NCBI GenBank assembly: GCA_050952645.1
Contig: JBMNLI010000017.1
Span: forward strand, 64,001-128,000
Source of the DNA: Bdellovibrionota bacterium
GTDB lineage: Bacteria > Bdellovibrionota_C > UBA2361 > CAKMMH01
Direction: 5' to 3'
Length of the DNA stretch: 64,000 bases
The notes under the pieces are model-generated. The model was not told the DNA's origin. It saw nothing but the letters and a program-made list of their open reading frames with translations, and ran no database searches. Within the stretch, counting starts at the first letter, position 1. Each line of letters opens with the position of its first letter. Positions 1 to 9,910 of the stretch are shown here, one piece after another. A program made the position numbers and the translations under genes.

Positions 1-1
1 C

Positions 2-439
2 ATTAGGCTTCCAAATGGAGAAAGAAAGGTTGTAGATGTAGACGGCTGGATAGTCGGAGAAGATGGTATTAGAGGACTTAAGGGAATTTTAATAGACCCT
101 ATCGGAAAGGCTATTGCAGGTGGAATGATGATCGGGGGCATTGCAGGTGCAGGAGAAGCTATCTCGGACGCAAACTCTACTGTAAGGCATGGTTACAATA
201 GCGATAGCAGAATTATAACTGGAGATACCGCCGAGTATGCTTTAGGCGAAGGCTTATCTAGAGGCTCTGAGGTTTGGACAGATGTGCTAAAAGATAGACT
301 AAAAGAAATGGTTCCCGTTGTTCAAATTCTTTCTGGTAGAGAAGCTACCGCTACTTTTGCAAATGAGGTAACTATTGAAGATTTATATGAGCAACTAGAA
401 GATGATAATACTGCTGAGCAATATAGCGGTTTAGATTAA
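2..439 (+). CDS. traB: F-type T4SS TraB/VirB10-like core protein, C-terminal part (5' truncated by window edge)
   Basis: The frame is open from base 2: IRLPNGERKVVDVDGWIVGEDGIRGLKGILIDPIGKAIAGG. The G-x-V-x-GEDG-x-x-GL-x-G motif and C-terminal 'PVVQILSGREAT' are typical of TraB. It lies upstream of traV and traC. Confidence 0.75.
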   Translation: MRLPNGERKVVDVDGWIVGEDGIRGLKGILIDPIGKAIAGGMMIGGIAGAGEAISDANSTVRHGYNSDSRIITGDTAEYALGEGLSRGSEVWTDVLKDRLKEMVPVVQILSGREATATFANEVTIEDLYEQLEDDNTAEQYSGLD

Positions 440-471
440 TTTTTATTAGGAGCATTTAAAAGGTAAATACT

Positions 472-957
472 ATGTTTGAAGTTATATTTAAAGTTAAGTT
501 TAAAAACGTATTTAAAAAATTTATACTACTAGCTTTTTTAAGCATGTGTTTTAGTGGTTGCTATGCACTACAAAATATTTTCAATCCTTTTTACGAGCCA
601 CCAACAGAGCACGCTCTAAAAGGAGAACTTAGCGACCTTGCTATCCAAGAAGGAACGACTAGCACGGGTAGTAGCGCTAGAGATGCCCTAGAGAGTATGG
701 CAACGTACCAAAGAGCGCATCTACCGCAGCCAAACAACCCTGTTATGAGACCTGCGGTAGTAAGACTTATGTGGATACCAGATCACTTAAACACTCACGG
801 CGATTTAGTTCCTGCTCACTATTATTATTTAAAAGTTTTAAGTGAAAGATGGGCAGTAACTGATGCGTTCGATTTAGAAAGACAATTAAATACGGGAAGC
901 AAAGATACATCTAACATACCGTACATAAGTCAAACTGAGAATAAAGGGTATAATTAA
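472..957 (+). CDS. traV: TraV-like T4SS outer-membrane lipoprotein
   Basis: Lipobox (FSGC) and TraV-type motif 'MRPAVVRLMWIPDHLNTHGDLVPAHYYYLKV..RW'. It sits between traB and traC. Confidence 0.7.
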   Translation: MFEVIFKVKFKNVFKKFILLAFLSMCFSGCYALQNIFNPFYEPPTEHALKGELSDLAIQEGTTSTGSSARDALESMATYQRAHLPQPNNPVMRPAVVRLMWIPDHLNTHGDLVPAHYYYLKVLSERWAVTDAFDLERQLNTGSKDTSNIPYISQTENKGYN

Positions 958-1005
958 ATTTTTGCTAGTAAAGTTTTTGTTAGTAAGTTTTTATTAGGTG
1001 CTAAT

Positions 1006-1467
1006 ATGATAAAAAATAATATAAAAATATTTATTTTAATTTTAAGTTTGCTCTTACTAGTAAGTTGCACTCCTAAATATAAAAAACCTTACAATGCTAA
1101 CGATAGAAGAGTTCATATCTTTGCAGTAAGAAAGCACCCACTTCCTCCTACATACAATAGGATAAAAACTGTGCATTTAGCTTCCCCACTTCCTAGTAGA
1201 AGCGAGCACCCGGTGTCTAACAAAGTAATTACTCCAGTTTTTCAATTTGAAGCGCAAGACTCTACTTTTGAAGAGGTTGCTTTAATTTTAGCAAACACTG
1301 CTAAATACTCGGTTTATTGCGACCCGAGTATCGCTAAAAAAGAGGTTTCAATAGTGACTTTAGGAACTATCGATGAAATTGCAGCGGAAATTGAAAGAGA
1401 ACACGGAATTAGAGTAAGAATCGATCACGTAGATAAAGAGGTAAGGTTTTTAGGACGTGGAGAATAA
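1006..1467 (+). CDS. Lipoprotein with secretin N0/STN-like (DotD/TraH-like) domain
   Basis: Lipobox LLVSC. The C-terminal ~70 aa (TFEEVALILA..YSV..VSIVTLGTIDEIAAEIE..VRID) follow an N0/STN-like pattern. Confidence 0.5.
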   Translation: MIKNNIKIFILILSLLLLVSCTPKYKKPYNANDRRVHIFAVRKHPLPPTYNRIKTVHLASPLPSRSEHPVSNKVITPVFQFEAQDSTFEEVALILANTAKYSVYCDPSIAKKEVSIVTLGTIDEIAAEIEREHGIRVRIDHVDKEVRFLGRGE

Positions 1468-1518
1468 ATGGAAAAGAACTCTAAACTTAGAAAGGTTTTA
1501 TAAAGGAGATTTTTTAAT

Positions 1519-4230
1519 ATGAGTATCTCAAGACTTCAGAAAGAACGATTATTTCATGATGAAGAGTTGTTTAATGATTTACTAACGTATGCAGAGTATG
1601 ATGAAGATTATAGAATTTTCTTTCATTCAGACACATCTTTTTGGGCCATATTTAGGCTCCAACCTCTAGGAATAACTAAAGTATCTGATAGCGATGCTTT
1701 TGCTACCGCTGATGCAATAAAAGAACTCTTTGATACATTCGATAAGAATATGGCAGTGCAAGTAAACTGGATTACAAGTTTTGAAATCGAAGCTCTTCTT
1801 AAAGAGAACCTAAACTCTTATCCTTTAACGGGGCCTGCTGGTTGGATGGCAAGGCGTTGGATTAGAGCCATTAGAAATGCTTCAAATAGTGCAGAGTTTT
1901 CTCTAAGACCTAAAAAATTAGACTTACTATTTTGTTTTAGATACGACCCACAGTGGAAAAGAAGAGACATAGCTGGGCAACTTGCAGAGGGTATGAGATC
2001 TATTTTTTCATTTTCTTCAAATAATATGTCCGCAGATAGAAGAAGACTAGAATATACAGAGCATGCTAATAAATTTAAAGGGATTATGGAAGGAACTGCT
2101 GCGAAACTTTCAGATTTAGGGTTTAGACCTTATCAATTTGAAGCACAAGATTTAATAGACTTAATGTTCCCTCTTTTAAATAGAAGAAGCACAAAGGGCG
2201 GAAAATACAAACGTGGCAGAAATACTAATGTAGCAGTGCCAGTCTATGACCCATTAGAAATACTTTCAAATCAAATTTCAGAAACTAAAGTTGAGCATCC
2301 TGAAAATGGAATTATAAAGAAAGATGGTAGAGTTTACAGAACTGTTTCTATGGTTCAAACACCTAAACAATGTTTACCTCTTATGATAGCTCCGCTTCAA
2401 TCTGCCTCTTATGAAAATATTTTAAGCGTAACTTACTCTAAAGACACTCAAGAAAAACAATTAAAAAAATTAGACCAAAGAGATGCGATGTTAGGATTTA
2501 GAGAACGAACTGCAAGGGGTAGAGCTAACCAAAAAGTTTTACATCAAATTTCTGCTATTCGTGCAGCTAGAGCAGAACTCTACGCTTCACGTTCTCAAAT
2601 AGTGCGAGTTGGTGTGCACCAAACTTTTATTAGCCAAAACGAAGATGAGGCTAAAAGGGCTTCCGCTGAGGCGATAGCTACAATATCTCAGTTAAATGGA
2701 GCTAGAGGTATGGTGCATGATATTTCAGATTTAGCGACCTTTATCCACTCTCTCCCTGCTATGTACGACCCAGAAATGGATGGCGAAGGCTGGACAGTTA
2801 CTATGCGTTCGTCTAGAGCTGCTAGACTGTTTCCTATTTATGGAAACTGGAGAGGGACTAAAGGAAAACAATTTTTGCTTCCGTCTTTATGGAATAGAGA
2901 ACTAGTAGGATTTGATTTATACGATTCTAACATAGCTCCAAACGTTTTAATAAGTGGAGTTTCAGGTTCTGGAAAAAGTTATTTGCTTTGCTATATGCTT
3001 ATAACGCTAGGCAGAGGGCACTTTGCTTCTCTTCCTAATGGAAGAATGGTTGAAAAACCTCCTATTATATTCGTTTTTGACAAAGGCATGACTGGGCAAC
3101 CTTGCGGCTTTGAAAAAGTTGCAAAATTATTTGGAGGAAGAATTTACGAAGCTACTCCATCAAAAGCACCTGCTATGAACTTTCTTGCTAGACTAGGAAG
3201 AACTGCTCCCGACCCTAGGAATGAAGACTACAAAGACTTAATAGATATGTGTGCAGATATTATATGCAACATGGCAGTCGAGGGAGCTAAGCAACCAGGA
3301 AGACTTGAAAAAAACGTAGTGATAGCCTCTCTAGTTGAAGCGCACAGGCTGTATAGAAACGGCCCTATGAGAAGAGAGTTTATTTTAAGTGATGCCGTTG
3401 CGGTGCTTAGAGCCCCTAAAAGAGTCGATGAAGATGAAGATACTGCAAAACGCAGACAACTAGTAGCGATGCTTATCGCCGATTATTACGGCGATGGAAC
3501 TTACGCAAGGTTCTTTGATAGACCTGGCGCTTTAAAATTACAAGAACGCTTTATAGTATTCGATTTAAAAGCGTTAAGTAGAAACCCAGACCTACAAAGA
3601 GTGTTTTTACAAGTAGCGATGCTTTGGGCAGATACCGTGATGAATGACCCTATGGAATTAGACTCGAGAAAAATATTAGTATTCGACGAGGCACACGACC
3701 TGATAGGTAAAACCGCTTCGGGAACCGTGGAAACTGCATTTAGACTTTACAGAAAAAGAAAAGGTATAGTTATAGCTGCATCTCAATCTGGTGAAGACTT
3801 TTATTTAGGAGAAGGTGGGCAAGCGATAGTTCAAAACAGTGCTCATAAAATTTTCTTAAAACAAGACCCTAGTAAATTTCATATGACTGCAAAGGCTTTT
3901 AATTTAACTCCGCAACAAGCAGACGTAATATTAAGGCTTCATACGATAAAAGGATTAGAGTCGCAATTTTATTTAATATCAGACATAGGCGAGTCGGCTC
4001 TCGTGCTTCCATTAGAGCCAGCATTTTATTGGGTAAGCACCAACAATGGTGATGATAACCAAATGTTTGCAGATATGTTAAAACAAAACAATGAAAACTT
4101 TTTAAAAACATTAGAGCAAATAGTTGCTACTGCTCCAAATGGAGCACACGTTTTTAAAAGCAGAATGGATTTAAATAGAGAAAATAGAATAAACAATTTA
4201 AACAGTTATATTGATGATATGGAGAGATAA
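1519..4230 (+). CDS. traC: TraC/VirB4 family T4SS ATPase
   Basis: 903 aa. Walker A GVSGSGKS, Walker B LVFDEAH, and 'RLYRKRKGIVIAASQS..DF..GQAIVQNS'. RBS AAGGAG upstream. Confidence 0.85.
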   Translation: MSISRLQKERLFHDEELFNDLLTYAEYDEDYRIFFHSDTSFWAIFRLQPLGITKVSDSDAFATADAIKELFDTFDKNMAVQVNWITSFEIEALLKENLNSYPLTGPAGWMARRWIRAIRNASNSAEFSLRPKKLDLLFCFRYDPQWKRRDIAGQLAEGMRSIFSFSSNNMSADRRRLEYTEHANKFKGIMEGTAAKLSDLGFRPYQFEAQDLIDLMFPLLNRRSTKGGKYKRGRNTNVAVPVYDPLEILSNQISETKVEHPENGIIKKDGRVYRTVSMVQTPKQCLPLMIAPLQSASYENILSVTYSKDTQEKQLKKLDQRDAMLGFRERTARGRANQKVLHQISAIRAARAELYASRSQIVRVGVHQTFISQNEDEAKRASAEAIATISQLNGARGMVHDISDLATFIHSLPAMYDPEMDGEGWTVTMRSSRAARLFPIYGNWRGTKGKQFLLPSLWNRELVGFDLYDSNIAPNVLISGVSGSGKSYLLCYMLITLGRGHFASLPNGRMVEKPPIIFVFDKGMTGQPCGFEKVAKLFGGRIYEATPSKAPAMNFLARLGRTAPDPRNEDYKDLIDMCADIICNMAVEGAKQPGRLEKNVVIASLVEAHRLYRNGPMRREFILSDAVAVLRAPKRVDEDEDTAKRRQLVAMLIADYYGDGTYARFFDRPGALKLQERFIVFDLKALSRNPDLQRVFLQVAMLWADTVMNDPMELDSRKILVFDEAHDLIGKTASGTVETAFRLYRKRKGIVIAASQSGEDFYLGEGGQAIVQNSAHKIFLKQDPSKFHMTAKAFNLTPQQADVILRLHTIKGLESQFYLISDIGESALVLPLEPAFYWVSTNNGDDNQMFADMLKQNNENFLKTLEQIVATAPNGAHVFKSRMDLNRENRINNLNSYIDDMER

Positions 4231-4235
4231 GAAAA

Positions 4236-4529
4236 ATGAGATTAAATATAAAAAATATTATTTGTGCTATATTGTTAATGCTACTATGTGCTTGCACTGC
4301 GACTACGCAAAAGCAATCTTCACAAGCATTAGAAATAAAGCATGAAGATAAGCAATACTTAAAAGAAGACCCTGCGGTAGTAGATTATATTTGGGAAGAG
4401 CCGATGGTTGATGTAGTAAAGGTTCCTCCAGGATTAGACCCTGAGGGGATTTATTATAGACCAGAGCATAAGGAAGTTATTGAAATTAGGCAAGGCAAAT
4501 GGCAATATTATAAAAAGCCACAAGAATAA
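4236..4529 (+). CDS. Small lipoprotein, possibly a second TraV-like protein
   Basis: Lipobox LLCAC. 'VKVPPGLDPEGIYYRPEHKEVIEIRQGKW' echoes the TraV C-terminal pattern. Confidence 0.5.
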   Translation: MRLNIKNIICAILLMLLCACTATTQKQSSQALEIKHEDKQYLKEDPAVVDYIWEEPMVDVVKVPPGLDPEGIYYRPEHKEVIEIRQGKWQYYKKPQE

Positions 4530-4699
4530 GAAAATGCTACTAATTATAGTATAAACTTAAAAAAAGGTTTATAATATAAAATTTTATTCGCAATAATTTT
4601 TAAGTTAATATATTTTTTAAGTTAATATATTTTTTAAGTTAATATGGTTGCAAGTTTTTTTTATTATAAAAACGAACTTGCGCTTAAAGGGAATTTAAT

Positions 4700-5047
4700 A
4701 TGGGACTTATAAAAACTGTTTTTTCGCCTTTTACTAACACGACGCCACTAGTAACGATTATTTTAGTAGTTATACTAGTAGCAGTTTTTAGATTTTCAAA
4801 TGGAGGCATAAAGGTAGAAGATGCTAAGAATGTAAATGCTATAAAGGCTCAAAACGTAAAAATGGTAAAAGAAACTAAAAGAAATGATAGTTTGCCTAGC
4901 GAAGGGACTATAAAAATAGATGCCAAAGAGTTTGAAAGCATGTTAAGGCTTAGGAAACCTAAAGAACGTGTAGAAAACAATGTAGAAAAGGAGGATAAGC
5001 CTGTAAACACATTCGACTCCATAGAGGCAGATTTAGGCTTAAGGTAA
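4700..5047 (+). CDS. Hypothetical single-pass membrane protein
   Basis: 115 aa ORF with an N-terminal hydrophobic helix and an RBS-like AAGGG upstream. Confidence 0.6.
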   Translation: MGLIKTVFSPFTNTTPLVTIILVVILVAVFRFSNGGIKVEDAKNVNAIKAQNVKMVKETKRNDSLPSEGTIKIDAKEFESMLRLRKPKERVENNVEKEDKPVNTFDSIEADLGLR

Positions 5048-5110
5048 TTAACTTTAAATAATTAAATTTAGATAATTAACTTAAGAAAATTGATTTTGAT
5101 AATATAAAAT

Positions 5111-5638
5111 ATGAATGAAAAGAGATTTATAATATACAAAACTTGGAAAAGTGAATATAAGCTCGTCATACTATCGTTTGTTAGTATGTTTCTTTCTATA
5201 TTTTTATCGAACCAATTTCCTGCAACAGTGCTTACTGTAAAGCTATTTCAAATAGGAAAAGAGATGCTAATTTTATCGATCCCTATTTTTTGGTTGCCAG
5301 CAGCTTTTTTTCTTCTTTGGGCACTTATTAGAATTTATAATGTTAGATATAGCATGACTGCAAAAGGCTTAGAAATAATAGTCGGCATTTTAGCTATAAC
5401 TAAGCGTTCAGTGAAAATAAGATATGAAGATATTAGAAGTGTTGAAACTGAGCAAACTATAATAGAAAGGATTTTAAATATTGGCACCGTTGAAGTTGGA
5501 ACCTCAGCAACGGGCGGTATTGAAATCGTATTTGAGGGAGTCGACTCTCCGCAGGAGCTACAAATACTTATACAAAAAGAAAAAGGGAGACGTTTAGCGC
5601 TTCACCAATCTAGCAAAGGATTTACATCTAATGAATAA
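5111..5638 (+). CDS. Membrane protein with bacterial PH (bPH_2) domain
   Basis: Two TM helices followed by 'RYEDIRSVETEQTIIERILNIGTVEVGTS..IVFEGVDSP'. Confidence 0.75.
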   Translation: MNEKRFIIYKTWKSEYKLVILSFVSMFLSIFLSNQFPATVLTVKLFQIGKEMLILSIPIFWLPAAFFLLWALIRIYNVRYSMTAKGLEIIVGILAITKRSVKIRYEDIRSVETEQTIIERILNIGTVEVGTSATGGIEIVFEGVDSPQELQILIQKEKGRRLALHQSSKGFTSNE

Positions 5639-5689
5639 GATTGATGAATAAGATTGATGAGTAGGATTGATGAGTAGGATTTAAAAAAA

Positions 5690-6811
5690 ATGAATAGAGT
5701 GTTTATATATAAAATATTAGTTATTTGTAATTTAGTAAGCATACCGCTCGTACTCTCTATTGCAAATGCTCAAGAAAATATCGACTTAGAGCGAACCTTA
5801 AGCGAAGAAAGAAGAATTTTAGAGCAACTAAATATTTTAAAGAAAAATAATATAAATAACGATTCAAATAATAATTTAAATAATAATGCTTTAGATAACG
5901 CTCCTCCTCAACCTACACTAAATTTAAAAGAAATAAATGTTAAAGACTTAGATAAAGAAAGCATAAATAAAAAAGACACAAATTTAAAAAATACAAAAGC
6001 TACTCCTAAGCCTACAAAAGTTATAAAAATAGAAACACCAACGAAAAACGATGCAAGCGTTAGTAAAAATATCGTTAATAAAAATAAAAATATAGCGACG
6101 CCATTTCCACAAAAAGTTATAACTCCTAGTAATACGGATATTAGTAATATAAATACTAATAACACGAATACTAATAGTGCCAATACTAATAATGCTAATA
6201 ATAATAATACTAATAATATAGCTACAAACCAAGTTTTAGGTGAGCAAAATTTTAAAGAAAACGATTGCATTAAAGAAAATAAGCAACTAGAGCTAGCAAA
6301 TCAAAAAATAATAGAGCTTACTTCGGAACTAGAAAACAAGAAGAGGCAACTTATTTTAGTTGAGACCGAGGTTGAAAGACTATCTGAAATTATCGAAAAA
6401 AGAAATCGAGCTCAGTTAGGAAGTGCTACTAATAATCGCCCGTCTACTACCACTCAAAGCATTCCCGATAAACAAAAGCAGATAAGCGATATAAGAAAAT
6501 CACTAAGTGAGATAGATGCAGAGAGAGCAGATATGCCGATAATAGTAGTAAATGTAAGCAAAGCAAATTTAAGAGCAGGTCCTAGCTTAAGGGATTCCCC
6601 TTTACTAGAAGTATCTAAAGGAACTAGGCTAGTCGTTGAAACTAGGCAAGGCTCTTGGTATAGGGTAATAGCTCCAAATGGAAAGCGTGCATGGGTTTCC
6701 TCGGATGTGGTCGATTTTGGCCCTACTTCAAGCTCTAGACCATCTTATACAACGAGAATAAAAGGATATAACCAAGATGTTGAGGATAGGACGGAAAGTA
6801 TATTTAGATAA
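5690..6811 (+). CDS. Secreted coiled-coil protein with C-terminal bacterial SH3 domain
   Basis: Signal peptide, Asn-rich linker, coiled coil, then 'ANLRAGPS..G..L.V..RQGSWYRV..GKRAWVS'. Confidence 0.75.
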   Translation: MNRVFIYKILVICNLVSIPLVLSIANAQENIDLERTLSEERRILEQLNILKKNNINNDSNNNLNNNALDNAPPQPTLNLKEINVKDLDKESINKKDTNLKNTKATPKPTKVIKIETPTKNDASVSKNIVNKNKNIATPFPQKVITPSNTDISNINTNNTNTNSANTNNANNNNTNNIATNQVLGEQNFKENDCIKENKQLELANQKIIELTSELENKKRQLILVETEVERLSEIIEKRNRAQLGSATNNRPSTTTQSIPDKQKQISDIRKSLSEIDAERADMPIIVVNVSKANLRAGPSLRDSPLLEVSKGTRLVVETRQGSWYRVIAPNGKRAWVSSDVVDFGPTSSSRPSYTTRIKGYNQDVEDRTESIFR

Positions 6812-7277
6812 AATTATTTATATTTTCTTATTAGCCATATTTACTACTAACTATTCTTATAGTTCGGAACCTTTCGTAAATCCCATAATGAGTGCAAGAC
6901 TATCTTCTAATTACGGACTACGTATACATCCAATAAAAAAATATAGCTCTTCTCATAGGGGCATAGACTTAGCAGCTCCTATGGACTCTCCTATTAGAGC
7001 AGCACAAAAAGGCATAGTCGTTTTTGCAGATAGGTATGCAGGATATGGTAATTTAGTAGTTATTCGCCATAAAGACGGCTTAACTACCCATTATGGACAT
7101 TGCTCTACGCTTTTAGTAGAACCGGGAACTTTCGTAAGGGCTGGTGCTATTATAGCTAGAATAGGTAGCACTGGAACTTCAACGGGGCCTCATTTACATT
7201 TTGAAACGAGAAAGAACGGCATCCCTTTAAATCCGCTAAAAGTTTTTCCCGATTTACTTACTCCTGCTAAAGGGTAA
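6777..7277 (+). CDS. M23 family metallopeptidase
   Basis: Zinc motifs HRGIDLA (HxxxD) and TGPHLHFE (HxH). Confidence 0.9.
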   Translation: MLRIGRKVYLDKIIYIFLLAIFTTNYSYSSEPFVNPIMSARLSSNYGLRIHPIKKYSSSHRGIDLAAPMDSPIRAAQKGIVVFADRYAGYGNLVVIRHKDGLTTHYGHCSTLLVEPGTFVRAGAIIARIGSTGTSTGPHLHFETRKNGIPLNPLKVFPDLLTPAKG

Positions 7278-7278
7278 G

Positions 7279-7743
7279 TTTTGGTTCTTCACGTTTTAGG
7301 TGGGTTAGCTTAAAAGAAAATTGGAGCTAGCTTTAGCTAGCGGAGATTTTCTTTTGGGCTTCGTCGATAAGTGATACTAATTTTAAGATCTAAAACCCAC
7401 CCTTAAACGTGAGGAAGCATTTTGGTTCTTCATGTTTTAGGTGGGTTAGAAAAATTGTTTTGGGGTTAGCTTAAAAGAAAATTGGAGCTAGCTTTAGCTA
7501 GTGGAGATTTTCTTTTGGGCTTCGTCGATAAGTGATACTAATTTTAAGATCTAAAACCCACCCTTAAACGTGAGGAAGCATTTTGGTTCTTCATGTTTTA
7601 GGTGGGTTAGAAAAATTGTTTTGGAGGTTAGCTTAAAAGAAAATTGGAGCTAGCTTTAGCTAGCGGAGATTTTCTTTTGGGCTTCGTCGATAAGATGGCA
7701 CTAATTTTTTAGAATTTAAAACCACCCTAAAACGCACAAGAAC
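7279..7743. repeat. Tandem array of three repeat-A units (141, 161 and ~163 bp), a nested-palindrome MITE/REP-like element
   Basis: Units start at 7279, 7420 and 7581. Outer inverted repeat GTTCTTCACGTTTTAGGTGGGTT / AACCCACCCTTAAACGTGAGGAAG. Inner hairpin AAAAGAAAAT..GCTAGC TTTA GCTAGC..ATTTTCTTTT. Confidence 0.95.
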
Positions 7744-9475
7744 GTTTTTTTATTTCTTCTTTTAATTTTACAATAAAATCTTCTAAAGGAATAGTTTCTT
7801 GTATTTCCTTTCCTCTTTCACGCACAGTTACGGAGTTTTCTTCTAGTTCCTTAGCGCCTAATATAAGCGTGTATTGCACTCTTTTTGGGATACTAGCTCT
7901 AATCTTATATCCTATTTTTTCATTAGAAAAATCTTTTTCAATGTAAAATCCCTCATTTCTTAAAGCATCGTATACTTTTTGCCCATAATCGTTAAAACTT
8001 TCAGATACTGTAAGGATATTTACTTGACAAGGTGCAAGCCACAAAGGGAATTTCCCTTCACAGTTTTCTATAAGAATTCCTAAAAATCTTTCGACGGAGC
8101 CAAATAGGGCTCTATGAATCATTACAGGTCTATGTTTTTGATTATCTTCACCGACATAAGAGATATCAAACCTTTCTGGCAAGCTCATATCTACTTGCAC
8201 AGTTCCACATTGCCAGCTTCTTTGCAAAGTGTCTTTTAAATGAAACTCTAATTTAGGACCATAAAAAGCGCCTTCTCCCTTACTAATTTCAAACTTAAAA
8301 TTATGTTTAGTAAGTGCATCTAAAAGTGCCTTTTCCGTGGTATCCCATATTTCATCGGAGCCTATCCTATTTTCAGGTCTAGTAGCTAAATAAATTGAAA
8401 CATCATTAAAACCAAAATCTTTATAAATATCTAAAATTAGTTTCGTTGTATCTATGCATTCTTTTTCTAGTTGCTCTAAAGTGCAAAAAATATGTGCATC
8501 ATCTTGAGTAAACTCTCTTAAACGCATCAAACCTGCGAGCGTTCCGCTAGCTTCATATCTGTGAACTTTTCCAAACTCTGCCATTTTTAAAGGTAAATCT
8601 TTATAAGATTTTAATCCTTGTTTATATATAAGCACTCCGCCAGGGCAATTCATAGGCTTTATACAAAACACTCTCCCATCTTGAGTAGTTCCTGAGTAAT
8701 TATGAGCTCCGTATTTTTCCCAATGTCCCGAAGTTTCCCAAAGCACTCTATCCATTACAGATGGAGTTGCAACTTCTATATACCCATTTTCTTCCTGTCT
8801 TTTTCTCATATATTCTATAAGCGACCTAAATATTCTAAGGCCATTATTATGCCAGAAGATAGCCCCTGGAGCGTATTCGGGATCGAAATGAAATAGCCCC
8901 ATTTCCTTTCCTATTTTTCTATGATCTCTTTTTTTAGCTTCTTCTAGCATAAATAAGTAAGCATCTAAATCTTTCTGAGAGTGAAAAGCTACTCCGTAAA
9001 TACGTGTAAGCATTTTATTGTTAGAATCCCCGTGCCAGTAGGCTCCAGCGACGCTCATAAGTTTAAAGGCTTTGATCTCTTGAGTGTTATCTACGTGAGG
9101 CCCTTGACATAAGTCTACGAAACTTTCACCAGTATAATAAAGAGACGCTTTCTCTCCTCTTTTTTCTATCTCATTTATCCAGTCTAGTTTATATTCATTA
9201 TTTTTGAAAATTTCTCTAGCTTCATTTACAAATACTTCTTTTCTTATAATTTTATCTTTTCTTTCGATAATTTTTCTCATTTCTTTTTCGATTTTTTGCA
9301 AATCTTCTAAGCCTATCGACACGCCTTCTTCAAACTCGAAATCACCATAAAAGCCATCTTCCGTAGCAGGTCCCATAGCCATTTTAGTATTAGGATAAAT
9401 TTTTAGTATCGCCTCTGATAACACGTGTTCGCAAGAGTGTCTAAGCGCCATAAGCTCATTATTTTTACTTTTCAT
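7727..9475 (-). CDS. thrS: Threonine--tRNA ligase (short form lacking the N-terminal TGS domain)
   Basis: LRHS..H, DLC.GPHV, RDHRKIG, KPMNCP, FTQDDAHIF, GAFYGPK and HRA.FGS.ERF motifs. Confidence 0.97.
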   Translation of the reverse strand: MKSKNNELMALRHSCEHVLSEAILKIYPNTKMAMGPATEDGFYGDFEFEEGVSIGLEDLQKIEKEMRKIIERKDKIIRKEVFVNEAREIFKNNEYKLDWINEIEKRGEKASLYYTGESFVDLCQGPHVDNTQEIKAFKLMSVAGAYWHGDSNNKMLTRIYGVAFHSQKDLDAYLFMLEEAKKRDHRKIGKEMGLFHFDPEYAPGAIFWHNNGLRIFRSLIEYMRKRQEENGYIEVATPSVMDRVLWETSGHWEKYGAHNYSGTTQDGRVFCIKPMNCPGGVLIYKQGLKSYKDLPLKMAEFGKVHRYEASGTLAGLMRLREFTQDDAHIFCTLEQLEKECIDTTKLILDIYKDFGFNDVSIYLATRPENRIGSDEIWDTTEKALLDALTKHNFKFEISKGEGAFYGPKLEFHLKDTLQRSWQCGTVQVDMSLPERFDISYVGEDNQKHRPVMIHRALFGSVERFLGILIENCEGKFPLWLAPCQVNILTVSESFNDYGQKVYDALRNEGFYIEKDFSNEKIGYKIRASIPKRVQYTLILGAKELEENSVTVRERGKEIQETIPLEDFIVKLKEEIKKRSCAF

Positions 9476-9700
9476 ACGAATATATGCTCCTAAATATATG
9501 CTCTAAAAAATATATGCTGTAAGAATTATTTTTTGACAAACAATCTTTATTTTACTACTTTAAAGACTTATATTGCAAGATAGAACAAAGACTAAAATTG
9601 TATAAATTAAACTAGACAGAAAAATTTATTTATCTAGAATCTATTTGTCTAGAATTTATTTATATTAAATAATTTTTTTGATAATGAGAGCTATTTTAAA

Positions 9701-9910
9701 ATGCGTAAATATAAAACTTATGATATAGAATTTAAGAAGGGTCTAGTTAAAATAGTTGAACAAGGCAAAACAATTAGTGAAGTAAGCAAAGAGTACAACA
9801 TTGCCTGTTCTACATTAAAGGAGTGGGTTAAGCGCTACTCAACAATAAAAATAAATGGTGAAGAATTAACATTAGATAAGTTTAAGGAGATAACTTCAAA
9901 GACTATTTAA
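9701..9910 (+). pseudogene. IS3-family transposase OrfA fragment (no OrfB)
   Basis: 'YDIEFKKGLVKIVEQGKTISEVSKEYNIACSTLKEWVKRY' is an HTH_Tnp_1 pattern. No integrase ORF follows. Confidence 0.75.

Noticed and set aside
7279..7743. Possible CRISPR array
   Set aside because: The units are 141-163 bp and nearly identical throughout, with no unique spacers and no cas genes.
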